Positions 44,048 through 54,187 of a stretch of DNA of 64,000 bases are shown here, piece after piece. The position numbers were made by a program, and so were the translations under genes. Position 1 is the first letter of the stretch; each line of letters begins with the position of its first letter. Location: contig JAJTXY010000002.1 in NCBI GenBank assembly GCA_021463865.1, positions 64,219 to 128,218 of the forward strand, given 5' to 3'. The stretch is from Anaerolineae bacterium. Its GTDB lineage: Bacteria > Chloroflexota > Anaerolineae > Aggregatilineales > J027. A model generated the notes under the pieces. It was not told the DNA's origin, made no database searches, and worked only from the letters and a program-made list of their open reading frames with translations.

Positions 44048-45466
44048 TTATTGTGATGGGATGGGCGGGATACGCCATTCAACAAAGCGCCCCAATTGAC
44101 CATTGGCATCTATGCCAGCGACAGCAACCGTTTCGTAGAGGGACATGGACTCCCACGTAAAGCTGCTTTCGGAGGTAGTAAAAATCTGGTTATAGATGGA
44201 CGATCCCGGAAACCGCAGGGCCACTGCATAGGCCGTCGCACCGGGAACGGGTGTCCACTCCAAGTGCCATGTGCTGGTATCAAGGCGATAATCTTGAGGT
44301 GCATTAGGGCCATCCGCCAACACCAATAGGGTCGCTAAGGCCAGTTTGGTGATACGTCCCATATAAGCTGCATCTACATCATCAGCACGATCACGTGCAT
44401 TGTGCTGGCGGCTTGGGTCATCCCGATATTCAATCATACGGATAGCCGAAATACCCTCGGCATTAAAGCTCATATGGTCGCCCCAACGCCCAGAGCGGTC
44501 AATGGTCTCCTCAACCGTCACATTCAGTTCGCCCTGCATATAGGCCCGCGATACTAATTCCATCAGTCGGGCAAGTTCGCGGGAGCCAGATTCGGCAGGC
44601 GGCTCAGAAAACACACGCATCTGATTATCATATCGTTCACCATTTGGGCCGGTGGGGCTTCCCACCATATCCATTGTCAGCGCAGCCTTGATATCTAGAT
44701 TATTGTCTTTAAGGTATTTTACGAATCCTGTACTGCCGAAACGCTGTTCAAATTCTTCAGCGGCAAATAATACGAAGATCACGGTGGCGCGATGATAGCC
44801 TTGAGCCATGATGCGGGCTAATTCCAAGACCACCGATACACCAGACCCATTGTCATTGGCACCGGGTTGGAATGGCTCGGCGCTTAAGGGGGCACTGCTG
44901 CTGATGGTGTCATAATGGGCACCGACCACAATCACGCCTGCCGAGGCATCAACGCCGGGTAGGATCATAAAAATATTGTCATTGGATACACTGATGCCCC
45001 CATAGCTGATAGACAGCGCTTGTGTCCAGACATCAATGTGTTTGTCCGGATTTGCGGCTTTAATTTCCTCAAAACGGGCTTTCAGGTATAGCGCAGCGGC
45101 ATAAATTCCTCTATCGGGAGCGGGGGTCCCAAACGAATGGCGATTTTGAAAGTTCTCCATTGCCAAAACCGTATTCATCATGCGGTTGTTATCTATATAA
45201 AGCATCCAATTGGTCACCGAATTATTGACAGGCACGTCCTCTTCTACTCCACCCGGTAATTCGGGTAAGACGGGAGGCGCTTGAATCGTCACAGGTCTAT
45301 CTGCGCCAAGTGTTGGTTGAATGGTAGTCGTAGACATAGGCTGACGCGGGGCTAATGTCGGTGGGTCTTCTTCAGTCAGGGAGCAGGCCAACATACTGCT
45401 GATAAGCATTGCCAACACCAGCAATAATGCCAGTGATTTATACAGATGAGATGGGTTTTGTTTCAT
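44048..45466 (-). CDS. M28 family zinc aminopeptidase, probable lipoprotein
   Basis: Lipobox-like LISSMLAC. Metal-ligand motifs GAHYDT, GANDNGSG and AAEE. Confidence 0.8.
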   Translation of the reverse strand: MKQNPSHLYKSLALLLVLAMLISSMLACSLTEEDPPTLAPRQPMSTTTIQPTLGADRPVTIQAPPVLPELPGGVEEDVPVNNSVTNWMLYIDNNRMMNTVLAMENFQNRHSFGTPAPDRGIYAAALYLKARFEEIKAANPDKHIDVWTQALSISYGGISVSNDNIFMILPGVDASAGVIVVGAHYDTISSSAPLSAEPFQPGANDNGSGVSVVLELARIMAQGYHRATVIFVLFAAEEFEQRFGSTGFVKYLKDNNLDIKAALTMDMVGSPTGPNGERYDNQMRVFSEPPAESGSRELARLMELVSRAYMQGELNVTVEETIDRSGRWGDHMSFNAEGISAIRMIEYRDDPSRQHNARDRADDVDAAYMGRITKLALATLLVLADGPNAPQDYRLDTSTWHLEWTPVPGATAYAVALRFPGSSIYNQIFTTSESSFTWESMSLYETVAVAGIDANGQLGRFVEWRIPPIPSQ

Positions 45467-45579
45467 ACTATTTGAGACCGAACTACTTTAGATGGCCGAG
45501 ATTGTAGCATGGATTTGAGTTAAACAAGCGTCCGATTTTATGACGGTTGGGTGACTGTTGCCTCTTGGCAATTCGAGTA

Positions 45580-45608
45580 TTCACACCGCACGGGCTTTCC
45601 GCTACAAT
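45580..45608 (+). promoter_or_regulatory. sigma-70-like promoter of rpmG
   Basis: TTCACA (45580-45585), a 17-nt spacer, then TACAAT (45603-45608). Confidence 0.5.
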
Positions 45609-45644
45609 GTGTACCAGAAAACGCATTTGGAGGCATACAAAGTC

Positions 45645-45809
45645 ATGGCAAAAAAAAAGAGAGACCGTAGCTGGGTTCGCTTGGTCAGCACCGAAAGCAA
45701 TCACGTTTACTACACTGAGAAAAATAAACGTAACGACACAGGCCGCATGGAAATCAAAAAATATGATCCCACCCTGCGCCGCCATGTGCTCTATCGTGAA
45801 AGCAAGTAG
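45645..45809 (+). CDS. rpmG: 50S ribosomal protein L33
   Basis: MAKKKRDRSWVRLVSTESNHVYYTEKNKRNDTGRMEIKKYDPTLRRHVLYRESK. GGAGG RBS upstream of the ATG at 45645. Confidence 0.9.
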   Translation: MAKKKRDRSWVRLVSTESNHVYYTEKNKRNDTGRMEIKKYDPTLRRHVLYRESK

Positions 45810-45849
45810 CCCCAGCGAGTGTAGAAGGGCGGCTTTGCAGCTAAGAATC

Positions 45850-47430
45850 TTACTGGGTCGCCCCCTCTAGCACTTTCATCGCAGCATTATGCCCCGGAAT
45901 CCCACTCACCGCACCACCACGCTGCGCCCCTGATCCACAAATCAGAATGTTTTCGTAAGCCGTCTCTACACCCCATTTCCCAACCCACGCGCTCCCATTT
46001 TCGGCAAAAGGCCACGATAGCGCCGTGTGGAAAATGTTTCCGGTAGGCAGTTTTAATTCGTTTTCCAAATCAAGTGGGCTTTTCGCTTCGATACAGGGTT
46101 GGCCGTTTGCATCCATCGCCAAGCATTCCTCTAATGGCTCATCCAAATAACGATTAATCCCCTGCACATATTTCCGCATGATGATTTCGCGCAGTTCGGC
46201 GTTATTGGTTTCATTAAACAGCCGATAGGGAATATCCAAGCCAAATAGGGTAAGAGTTTGATATCCCTGTAATTCTGGCGATAAGATCGAGGGGTCGGTC
46301 AGCGAGTGGCAATACATTTCACCAGATACCCGTTCAGGAAGCTGGCCCATTGCAGCAACCCGATGGTGTTCCTTCATCTCCTCATAGCCCTCATCAATAT
46401 GAAAAGTCCCGGTGAAAGCATCCTTTTGGGAATATTGGGTCGCTTTCAATTGAGGTAGGCGTTTCAGCAGCATGTTGATTTTGAATACTGCCCCTTCATC
46501 AGCATCTTCAATCGGCAGAGGCGTCGGCAACAATTGATTGAGCACCTGTGGGGCAGCATTCACCAGCACATATCGCCCCTGCACCGATTGAGGTTTACCA
46601 TCGTGGGTATAATGCACAACAGCATGAGACGTATCTGGTTCGATTGCTTCAACTGGGGCAGAAGTCAGGATTTTGGCACCATTCGCTTGGGCTACCCGTG
46701 CTAATTCAGAAGTCAACGCCCCCATTCCCCCAACGGGCACGGTCCATTCACCTGTTTCATTGCCGATAAGGTGATACAAGAAAGTCCGGTTTTGCAGCAG
46801 CGTCGGGTCATGGGGATCAGTGGATACACCAATCTTGCCGTCAGTGAAAATCACCCCACGCACAAGGTCATGCTGCACATTTTTTTCAATGCCGATACCC
46901 AATGGTTGCTCAATGAATATTTCCCAAGCCGCCTTTAGTTCATCGGTTTGACATTGCGCTTTCATGCTGTCACGGCTGACCATTGGGGATAACAAAGTAG
47001 GCCAGATAATGCTAGCCAATTGCCCCATCAAACGATAAAAGCGGCTGTACCCGATAAAATCAGCAGGGCGGATACCGAAATTGGCGAAAGACTGCTCCGT
47101 AATTGCCAGTGACTCGTTGCTCACCAACAGGGCCTTATGTTGTCCATTTTCCACCGCCGGGGTAAATGATCCGACTGAGCGACGGCGGGTTGAAAAATTG
47201 AGCCTCAAATCCTGCATAATCTTTTGGGGCAGAAGGCTCACTAAGTAGGCATATTGGGATAATCGAGCATTCATACCAGCAAAAACTTGGGCTGAGATCG
47301 CTGCGCCACCAACTATAAATTTACGTTCCAGCACCAATACCGATTTGCCTGCCCCAGCAAGATAGGCCGCCGCAACAAGGCCGTTATGTCCAGCGCCCAC
47401 AATCACGACATCATACCTAGTCTGTCTCAT
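45850..47430 (-). CDS. FAD-dependent oxidoreductase, phytoene-desaturase (CrtI)-like family
   Basis: Dinucleotide-binding motif DVVIVGAGHNGLVAAAYLA...LERKFIVGG. Confidence 0.7.
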   Translation of the reverse strand: MRQTRYDVVIVGAGHNGLVAAAYLAGAGKSVLVLERKFIVGGAAISAQVFAGMNARLSQYAYLVSLLPQKIMQDLRLNFSTRRRSVGSFTPAVENGQHKALLVSNESLAITEQSFANFGIRPADFIGYSRFYRLMGQLASIIWPTLLSPMVSRDSMKAQCQTDELKAAWEIFIEQPLGIGIEKNVQHDLVRGVIFTDGKIGVSTDPHDPTLLQNRTFLYHLIGNETGEWTVPVGGMGALTSELARVAQANGAKILTSAPVEAIEPDTSHAVVHYTHDGKPQSVQGRYVLVNAAPQVLNQLLPTPLPIEDADEGAVFKINMLLKRLPQLKATQYSQKDAFTGTFHIDEGYEEMKEHHRVAAMGQLPERVSGEMYCHSLTDPSILSPELQGYQTLTLFGLDIPYRLFNETNNAELREIIMRKYVQGINRYLDEPLEECLAMDANGQPCIEAKSPLDLENELKLPTGNIFHTALSWPFAENGSAWVGKWGVETAYENILICGSGAQRGGAVSGIPGHNAAMKVLEGATQ

Positions 47431-48629
47431 GCATTTGCCCCTTCCTGTGCAATCATAGGAATATGATGGGGTAGTTGGTTAGCCCAATAGACTAGGCCAA
47501 CCATGACCATGCTAATCACCCCGATAATCCCATAAGCGATACGAATGCTGCTGATGTCCGCCACAACCCCAAGTACCTGTGGCCCCAAGAAAATTGCCAA
47601 GCCGGCGATAAATGAAATCCGCCCGCTGGCCCTATCGGTTTCCTGTGGTGTGACCATGCCAAGTGCAGTGGAAAGCGACAACGGAAAGCCATTCGCAACA
47701 CCCAAGCCTGCGATAAATAGACCCATCACACTGATGGCTGGCGTTGGAGCCAACCATAACGGTATAAATCCGATCACGACCAGACAATAGGCCATTAGTA
47801 ACAAGTGTTTGACTTCGATAGAACGCGACAGGCGACTGCCAATGGCCCGACCAATCACCATTGCCAAAAAGAAGACGGTTATCATGGTAGAAGCGGTAGT
47901 AGCCTTCAAACCCGCATTTTTCTCAAGGAAATCCGCTCCCCAAAAAATGAGTCCCCATTCGATGACTGCACCAAAGAAAATCACACCCAAATAGGCCCAA
48001 AAAGTAGTAGGTAGCGGCTGATGATGGCGTGTTTCCTGTTTAATCACCTGCTGCGTTGGGGGAATTGCTACATCTCGCCACCACCACACTGCAAATCCCC
48101 ATGTAATCAAGCCAACCACTAGTGCCATACGCCAACCAAGACCAATATCCTCGAAAGTGCCCACTGCCAAAGGCGCTAATACAGCGGAAGCACTGGCCGC
48201 GATATTCGATTCAGTAATCGCAATGGCCCGTTTTTCGCCATGATGATCGCTCAAAGTTGCCTGAATCGTCACCAGCAACCAACCAGAAGTAACCCCTATA
48301 AACAAGGTGCTGCCAATTGTCAAAACGGGATGATGCACCAGTAGAAAAATGATCGTAAAGACGATACTTGCGCCGCCACCGCCCCAAAAAACCCAACGCC
48401 GTCCGTACCGACGCGACAAGCGATCCGTCGTTAATCCCGAGACAACGATACCAATGGCAAATGCACTCAAATGCATTCCAGCGACACTATAGCTGAGATT
48501 GAGTTCGTCGCGTAGAAATGGGATAAATGGGCCGCGTGTGGAAACCATGTAGGAGAAAAAGGCCAGCATAAAATAGGCCAACCACGTAAACCGATCGCGT
48601 ACAAACGTGGCAGAAGATTCCGCTTGCAT
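47427..48629 (-). CDS. MFS transporter
   Basis: 400 aa with about 12 TM segments. 4-nt overlap with the downstream oxidoreductase. Confidence 0.8.
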   Translation of the reverse strand: MQAESSATFVRDRFTWLAYFMLAFFSYMVSTRGPFIPFLRDELNLSYSVAGMHLSAFAIGIVVSGLTTDRLSRRYGRRWVFWGGGGASIVFTIIFLLVHHPVLTIGSTLFIGVTSGWLLVTIQATLSDHHGEKRAIAITESNIAASASAVLAPLAVGTFEDIGLGWRMALVVGLITWGFAVWWWRDVAIPPTQQVIKQETRHHQPLPTTFWAYLGVIFFGAVIEWGLIFWGADFLEKNAGLKATTASTMITVFFLAMVIGRAIGSRLSRSIEVKHLLLMAYCLVVIGFIPLWLAPTPAISVMGLFIAGLGVANGFPLSLSTALGMVTPQETDRASGRISFIAGLAIFLGPQVLGVVADISSIRIAYGIIGVISMVMVGLVYWANQLPHHIPMIAQEGANA

Positions 48630-48750
48630 ATTGTCTCGTTTCAGAAATACCGCTAAGAAAAACCCATGCGAAGTTTCATTATAGCTTGACAGTACAAGAG
48701 GCGGGAAGAATAATCCTCCTCAAATACTTAGACGATTTGGAGATAATTCT

Positions 48751-49875
48751 ATGACATCCCCTCTGCGTATTGGTTTGATTGGTTGCGGTGCAATTGGTCA
48801 AATCATGCACATTCCCTATTTAGTAGACGATGATGAAAAGTTTGAACTGGTGGCGCTCTCCGATGCCTACGCCCCTGTATTGGAGGCTGTTGCGGATCGC
48901 TACCACATTGCCAGTCGTTACACCGATTGGCGTCAAATGCTGGCTAAGGAAGACATCGAAGCCGTTATCATCTGCCACAGTGGGTCGCACCGTGACACTG
49001 TATTTGCCGCGTTGGATGCAGGTAAACATATCTTTGTGGAAAAGCCCATCACATGGAATCTGCGCGAAGCCAGAGAGGTTGCGGCACGGGTGGCCCGATC
49101 AGATCGGGTCGTGCAGGTGGCATATCACAAGCGCTACGACCCCGCTTTCCATTATGCCCGTGAGCAAGTTCAGCAAATGCGGGATATTGGTATGGTACGG
49201 GTCACGGTTTTCCATCCCCCCAATGAAATGGGCCTTTCGCCGTTTCGCATCCGGCGCGGTAATGGCTTGATTGATGAGGGGCATCAGCCTGTCATGAGTT
49301 TTGCAGAACAGGCCACCGCCCAATTGGGATGGTTTGCGGGTGGAGACCTAGCTCCATTAGTAGATGAAGCACTTGGGCTGCGCAAAGATGACCCCACCTT
49401 GCGCCTCGGTTATGGCATCATCGTCGTCAGCATGATCCATCAGGTCTATACCATGCACGGCTTTTTAGGAGCACCCGCCCGTGTCCTCAGCACTGACATT
49501 TGGCGGAAGGGGTTGTCTATACACTCGATTGTCGAATATCCGAATGATGTCCGCTGCACCTTTGATTGGCATTTTTTGGGGCATATCAAAGATTATCGTG
49601 AAGAATATGCCTTTTATGGCAACTATGACCGCGTAACCTTCCAATTGCCATCGCCCTATTTGAAAAATGCTCCAAGCCCAGTGATTGTACAGGGTGGGGA
49701 TGAGGAATTGGCATGGGAAAAGCGCGTGATTGTGTCCTATGATGAGGCATTCAGGAATGAGCTTTTGGCATTTTATGAAAATGTCCGGCACAACCGCCAA
49801 CCCGCGACGGCTGTGCCAGAAGCAGTCCAACATATGGAATTGATTCAGCAGATGATTGATGCCGCACGGGTCTAG
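48751..49875 (+). CDS. Gfo/Idh/MocA family oxidoreductase
   Basis: N-terminal Rossmann motif IGLIGCGAIG and the family's C-terminal domain. Confidence 0.8.
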   Translation: MTSPLRIGLIGCGAIGQIMHIPYLVDDDEKFELVALSDAYAPVLEAVADRYHIASRYTDWRQMLAKEDIEAVIICHSGSHRDTVFAALDAGKHIFVEKPITWNLREAREVAARVARSDRVVQVAYHKRYDPAFHYAREQVQQMRDIGMVRVTVFHPPNEMGLSPFRIRRGNGLIDEGHQPVMSFAEQATAQLGWFAGGDLAPLVDEALGLRKDDPTLRLGYGIIVVSMIHQVYTMHGFLGAPARVLSTDIWRKGLSIHSIVEYPNDVRCTFDWHFLGHIKDYREEYAFYGNYDRVTFQLPSPYLKNAPSPVIVQGGDEELAWEKRVIVSYDEAFRNELLAFYENVRHNRQPATAVPEAVQHMELIQQMIDAARV

Positions 49876-50222
49876 GTGAGATTTTCAGTAGATTCAGACT
49901 GGCGGTTTTTGCGGAGAACTGGAATAAGTTCATAGCCCAACCAGCCCACTGCAACTACCGCCATACCCACTCCCATATACGGCAAGGCATCGGCTCGCTG
50001 GTCACGCAATTCATCACGCTCGACAGTGGCTTTAAACAACTCATAGCCCTCATTGAAGTTGTTTACTTCGACCTCTTGACCGGAATCAATCAATTTTTCG
50101 GCTTCATTGTCACGCAGTTTTAGCTCGGCATCCACGTATTGATAAACGCCGTAACCGCCGATGGTAAAACCCAGCAGAATAATAATAACGAGAATACCAC
50201 TAGCAATTCTCTTTGAAGGCAT
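49872..50222 (-). CDS. hypothetical two-TM membrane protein
   Basis: The ATG at 50222 has an AAAGGAAAAG RBS. Two TM segments flank a charged coiled-coil-like loop. No family recognised. Confidence 0.45.
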   Translation of the reverse strand: MPSKRIASGILVIIILLGFTIGGYGVYQYVDAELKLRDNEAEKLIDSGQEVEVNNFNEGYELFKATVERDELRDQRADALPYMGVGMAVVAVGWLGYELIPVLRKNRQSESTENLT

Positions 50223-50233
50223 TATCTTTTCCT

Positions 50234-50692
50234 TTAAAGTGGCTTCCAAATGTTTTCTCTTCGCACAAATTTTTCTTCAAATTCGACATATTGAACTTCG
50301 ATTGCCAAATCTAATTCATCATCTTCATCCACGTAGAAAATACCCGGATATAATTCGATACCCCTTCCCATACTGCCGTGATCATCTTTTTCAATAACCT
50401 CCGCGTTACAATTAAAACATCTTTTTGCAACGGTCAGTTTGTAGTGCCCGCCACAAGAACATGTTTTCAATTGCGCTTCGATCTTCTCTATCAATGCTTT
50501 ATAGTCATTTGATCTTTCTTTAGATCGCAGTTGATTTTGAATTACATTCACAACGGTATCATAAAAACTCACCTCAACGCGGCGCGGACAACTGACACAG
50601 TAGAATACCCATTCATCACACATGGGTGAGCGATCTAGTCGCCAAAGTTGAAAACCACAGTGAGGGCAATCAAAAACCTCAGTCATGTTCAA
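50234..50692 (-). CDS. hypothetical cysteine-rich (double zinc-ribbon-like) protein
   Basis: CPHC...CVSC and CSCG...CFNC pairs. TTG start with an AAGAGG RBS. About 36-39% GC by hand count. No family recognised. Confidence 0.45.
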   Translation of the reverse strand: MNMTEVFDCPHCGFQLWRLDRSPMCDEWVFYCVSCPRRVEVSFYDTVVNVIQNQLRSKERSNDYKALIEKIEAQLKTCSCGGHYKLTVAKRCFNCNAEVIEKDDHGSMGRGIELYPGIFYVDEDDELDLAIEVQYVEFEEKFVRRENIWKPL

Positions 50693-50703
50693 AATCTAGC
50701 CTC

Positions 50704-51381
50704 TTAGCGTACATAATCTACTACCAATACACGGGTTTTGGCAGGCAGGCTTGCCTTATCCAAAGCCACCTCATAATGGCTGGCGAAATCTATATCCGCG
50801 CCGTCGAAATACTCCAAGAAACGCTCAATCCAATAGATGTTGCGGAGTTTATAGGTCAGGGTGCGGAAGTGCATCGGCACAACCAAACGCGGCTGTATGT
50901 GGTCAATCACCCTTTTTAGTTCATCCAACTCAATGGTCGGATGTCCACCAGCAAGAGCAAGGAACACATCCACTCCTTCAAAAAACCGGAGTTGTTTTTC
51001 GGAGAAGGCGTTGCCCACATCCCCAATATGCCCGATTTCAATGCCATCCACCTGAAACCGATACATGCCGTTTTGGTCGGGGTCATGTTCTCGATGATCG
51101 AGAGCTTCCATTGCCTCAATTGCCTGAAATGTGATTCCTTTAACTATCCGCGAACCGCCTTGCTGTGCGACCTCCAACGCATTGACAATCGTGGGCTGTC
51201 CGGGAATCAAATCACCCCGACAGTGAAAACGATCATTGTTGGATGACGTAATCACAATATCGGCTTCATCACGTACTGGCGCATACCCTGATGTTTCCGG
51301 CGTATAGGGGTCAGTGATGATTTTGATCCCATCATTGGTGGTAATCAAAAAACTGGCGTGCCCATACCATTTAAGCCTCAT
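50704..51381 (-). CDS. MBL-fold metallo-hydrolase (UPF0173-like)
   Basis: MRLKWYGHASFLITT... pattern typical of the small MBL-fold hydrolase family. Confidence 0.7.
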   Translation of the reverse strand: MRLKWYGHASFLITTNDGIKIITDPYTPETSGYAPVRDEADIVITSSNNDRFHCRGDLIPGQPTIVNALEVAQQGGSRIVKGITFQAIEAMEALDHREHDPDQNGMYRFQVDGIEIGHIGDVGNAFSEKQLRFFEGVDVFLALAGGHPTIELDELKRVIDHIQPRLVVPMHFRTLTYKLRNIYWIERFLEYFDGADIDFASHYEVALDKASLPAKTRVLVVDYVR

Positions 51382-52289
51382 GGCTTAATGCCCCGCAGCG
51401 TGGATAGAACATCCAGCGTCATCCCAATCACGTCAGGGTTGGGCAAGCCAAGCACTTCTAGCATGAAATAATCCACACCGCCCTTAATAAATGCTCCCAT
51501 TTGCTCAATGACCTGCATCGGTGTCCCCACAAAAGCATTATTCTTTGTCCATTTACCTCCACCAAGCACCTGTGCTTCGGCCTCGGTTTTGCCGACTGCC
51601 AAGCGTCCAAACCATGTTAGGCGGATGGATTTCGGGTCCCGCCCAATCGTTTCACAGTGCCCATGTAACACCTTCACACGGTCAAAATAAGCAGCATACC
51701 CCGCATCCGGCATATTCCACATTTCCGCATATTTCGCGGCGAGCAGGGTGGTTTTGTTGCCCCCGCCGCCGACCACAATGGGAATCATGGGATTTGGTTT
51801 GGGTTCACAATAAGCATCTACTAGATGATAATGCTTGCCCTGATAATTGACCTTGCCCGGTTGCGTCCATAGGCGTTTAAAAATCTCAAGCGTATCCTCT
51901 AATTGCTCAACCCGCACGCCAGCCGAAGGGAAGGGATAGTCATAGGCGCGGTATTCATCCTCTTTCCAACCTGCCCCAATCGCCATAATCAACCGTCCAC
52001 CCGTCAGGGCTTGCAGGGTAGAAGCCATCTTTGCCAATAATGCCGGATTACGATAGCTTTGACCCAACACAATTGGACCAATTTCGAATTGAGGCCAACG
52101 CGCCGCCGCAAAACTAAGCACCGTCCATGCTTCATAGGTCGGGTCATCATCCCAGAAAAAATGATCGGTCATCCACAGGCTTCTAAAAAAACCATCAAAA
52201 TGGGGCAAACTGGCATCCAAATCCGACAGCCAACGCGAAATCTGACCTTTGGGCGGGCCAGCCAACATGCTGAGTCCAAAATCTATCAT
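51378..52289 (-). CDS. LLM-class (luciferase-like) flavin/F420-dependent oxidoreductase
   Basis: Luciferase-like monooxygenase family sequence. 4-nt overlap with the downstream gene. Confidence 0.7.
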   Translation of the reverse strand: MIDFGLSMLAGPPKGQISRWLSDLDASLPHFDGFFRSLWMTDHFFWDDDPTYEAWTVLSFAAARWPQFEIGPIVLGQSYRNPALLAKMASTLQALTGGRLIMAIGAGWKEDEYRAYDYPFPSAGVRVEQLEDTLEIFKRLWTQPGKVNYQGKHYHLVDAYCEPKPNPMIPIVVGGGGNKTTLLAAKYAEMWNMPDAGYAAYFDRVKVLHGHCETIGRDPKSIRLTWFGRLAVGKTEAEAQVLGGGKWTKNNAFVGTPMQVIEQMGAFIKGGVDYFMLEVLGLPNPDVIGMTLDVLSTLRGIKP

Positions 52290-52418
52290 TTACCCCTACC
52301 TATTTTTATTTCACAAAATGCTTGAATAAGTTCAATCAAATTTCTATTTCAAACAGGGCTGGCCTACCGTGAAAGCAGGCCACCGCAAAACATGAGACTG
52401 AATCAACAATCAGCCAAG

Positions 52419-53159
52419 TTAGCCTTCATGCGGCATAATAACTTCCAGCGGCTTATGATTACCAAAAATCAGCTTGGGACTGTTGCCCGGTGCGGCCCAA
52501 TTGACCCCGTTGACAATCACCTGCAACACCTCCCGCTGATAATAAGTTGGATAGGTTTCATGACCGGGGCGGAAATAGAAAATTTTGCCCCGCCCGCGCT
52601 GATAACAACACCCACTGCGGAAAATCTCACCCCCTTGAAACCAACTGACCAATACCAGTTCATCCGGCTGTGGGATGTCGAAAAATTCCCCATACATTTC
52701 TTCGCGGGGGATTTCAAAATATTCACCGAGGCCCTCGGCAATGGGATGATGCGGCGCGACGACCCAAATCCGCTCGCGCTCATCGGCCTCACGCCATTTC
52801 AAATCGCAGGTCGTACCCATCAATTTACGGAAAATTTTGGAATGATGACCAGAATGTAGAACGACTAGTCCCATCCCATCGAGTACCCGTTTCTGGACAC
52901 GCTCGACAATCTCATCACTGACTTCTTTGTGCGCGATGTGTCCCCACCACGTCAGCACATCGGTTTCCGCTAAGGCCGCTTCGGTTAATCCATGTTCGGG
53001 GTCATCAATCGTAGCGGTTTTGACCGAAAAGCCTGCTTCACGTAAGGGCTTGGCGATGGCATCGTGCAAGCCATTGGGATACATCGCCTGCACTTTCGGG
53101 TTTTTCTTTTCGTGACGGCCCTCGTTCCAAACCAAAACACGTATTGGATTTGACATCAT
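52419..53159 (-). CDS. ThuA domain-containing protein
   Basis: ThuA-like sequence (IRVLVWNEG...WWGH...). Paired with a Gfo/Idh/MocA oxidoreductase, as is common for this family. Confidence 0.7.
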   Translation of the reverse strand: MMSNPIRVLVWNEGRHEKKNPKVQAMYPNGLHDAIAKPLREAGFSVKTATIDDPEHGLTEAALAETDVLTWWGHIAHKEVSDEIVERVQKRVLDGMGLVVLHSGHHSKIFRKLMGTTCDLKWREADERERIWVVAPHHPIAEGLGEYFEIPREEMYGEFFDIPQPDELVLVSWFQGGEIFRSGCCYQRGRGKIFYFRPGHETYPTYYQREVLQVIVNGVNWAAPGNSPKLIFGNHKPLEVIMPHEG

Positions 53160-53174
53160 ATTTAGATTTCTCCC

Positions 53175-54182
53175 TTATTTCGTTTTTACCGGAGCGCCAC
53201 CCTGCGCTGCCGAGGCTTGAACCGCATCCCACAATCGTGACATTCGCAAACCAATTTCCGGCGGGGCGGGGTTCGGAATTTTGCCGTCTCGTACCGCCAA
53301 GAACTGCTCCCATACCCCCATTGAAGCAGGCACGGGAACGTCTTCAAATTTATCGCTGCCCTGTTTTTGCAGCAGCAGACGTTCGCCCCATTGACCCGTC
53401 CGTACAATGCCTTTGGTACAAAATACAAAAATTTCAGAAGCACAAGAGGGGATAGTTTCACCACAAGCGGCAATTGTCACCATCGCACCAGATTTTAGCT
53501 TACCCATAACCGTAGCGCGGGTATCCACTGGGCGGTTATTGTTATCCAGCCAAGCCGCCACTTCAGTGAAATCTTCGCCAGCAATATCGGTGATGGTATT
53601 GAGCATATGCGCCCCGGTGTCAAATAGAAAACCACCGCCAGCAAGGGGTGGGTCTTGTCGCCAAGTGCCTATGGTGTTTGGCCCCCAATTCTGCCAGACT
53701 GTGCCGCTGATAGTCAGAATTTCGCCGAGTTCACCGGATCGCAGCATTTTGTCCAGCGTGCGAATCTGAGGGGATAGACTGCCTTGAAAAGCTACTACCA
53801 ATAACCGCCCGGTGCGATTCCGAATTTCAATCAGGCTTTCGGCTTCTTCGGCATTCATGACCATTGGTTTTTCTAACAGCACATCAATCCCCGCTTCCAT
53901 GCACAATTTCGTCTGGTCATGATGATAGGCGTGCGGGGTAATGATAAAGGCCGCGTCTAATTTGCCACGATATTCCGTAACCAGATCGGCTAAATTGGGA
54001 ATATTTGGAGGAGCTTTGACACCAGCCGCTTTAAACAGTTTCGCCGTTGCTTCATAGGCCTCTTGGGAGGGATCAGAAACTACTACAATTTCGGTGGTAC
54101 CCTTCATCTTCATCATTTGTTTGATGTGACTGCGGGCCATACCACCGACCCCAATCATCACCGTCCGTACAATAGCGCTCAT
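53175..54182 (-). CDS. Gfo/Idh/MocA family oxidoreductase
   Basis: Rossmann N-terminus VMIGVGGMARSH and the family's C-terminal domain. Confidence 0.8.
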   Translation of the reverse strand: MSAIVRTVMIGVGGMARSHIKQMMKMKGTTEIVVVSDPSQEAYEATAKLFKAAGVKAPPNIPNLADLVTEYRGKLDAAFIITPHAYHHDQTKLCMEAGIDVLLEKPMVMNAEEAESLIEIRNRTGRLLVVAFQGSLSPQIRTLDKMLRSGELGEILTISGTVWQNWGPNTIGTWRQDPPLAGGGFLFDTGAHMLNTITDIAGEDFTEVAAWLDNNNRPVDTRATVMGKLKSGAMVTIAACGETIPSCASEIFVFCTKGIVRTGQWGERLLLQKQGSDKFEDVPVPASMGVWEQFLAVRDGKIPNPAPPEIGLRMSRLWDAVQASAAQGGAPVKTK

Positions 54183-54187
54183 AGAAT

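Noticed and set aside
45483-45785. A 100-aa minus-strand ORF opposite rpmG. The 83-aa extended form of rpmG starts at 45558.
   Set aside because: L33 is unambiguous from the ATG at 45645, which has a GGAGG RBS and a promoter at 45580-45608. The antisense ORF and the extension run through that promoter and leader.
49872-49875. Convergent genes sharing a palindromic CTAG as overlapping stop codons.
   Set aside because: It is real in the sequence but trivial. It only shows that there is no intergenic terminator between the two genes.
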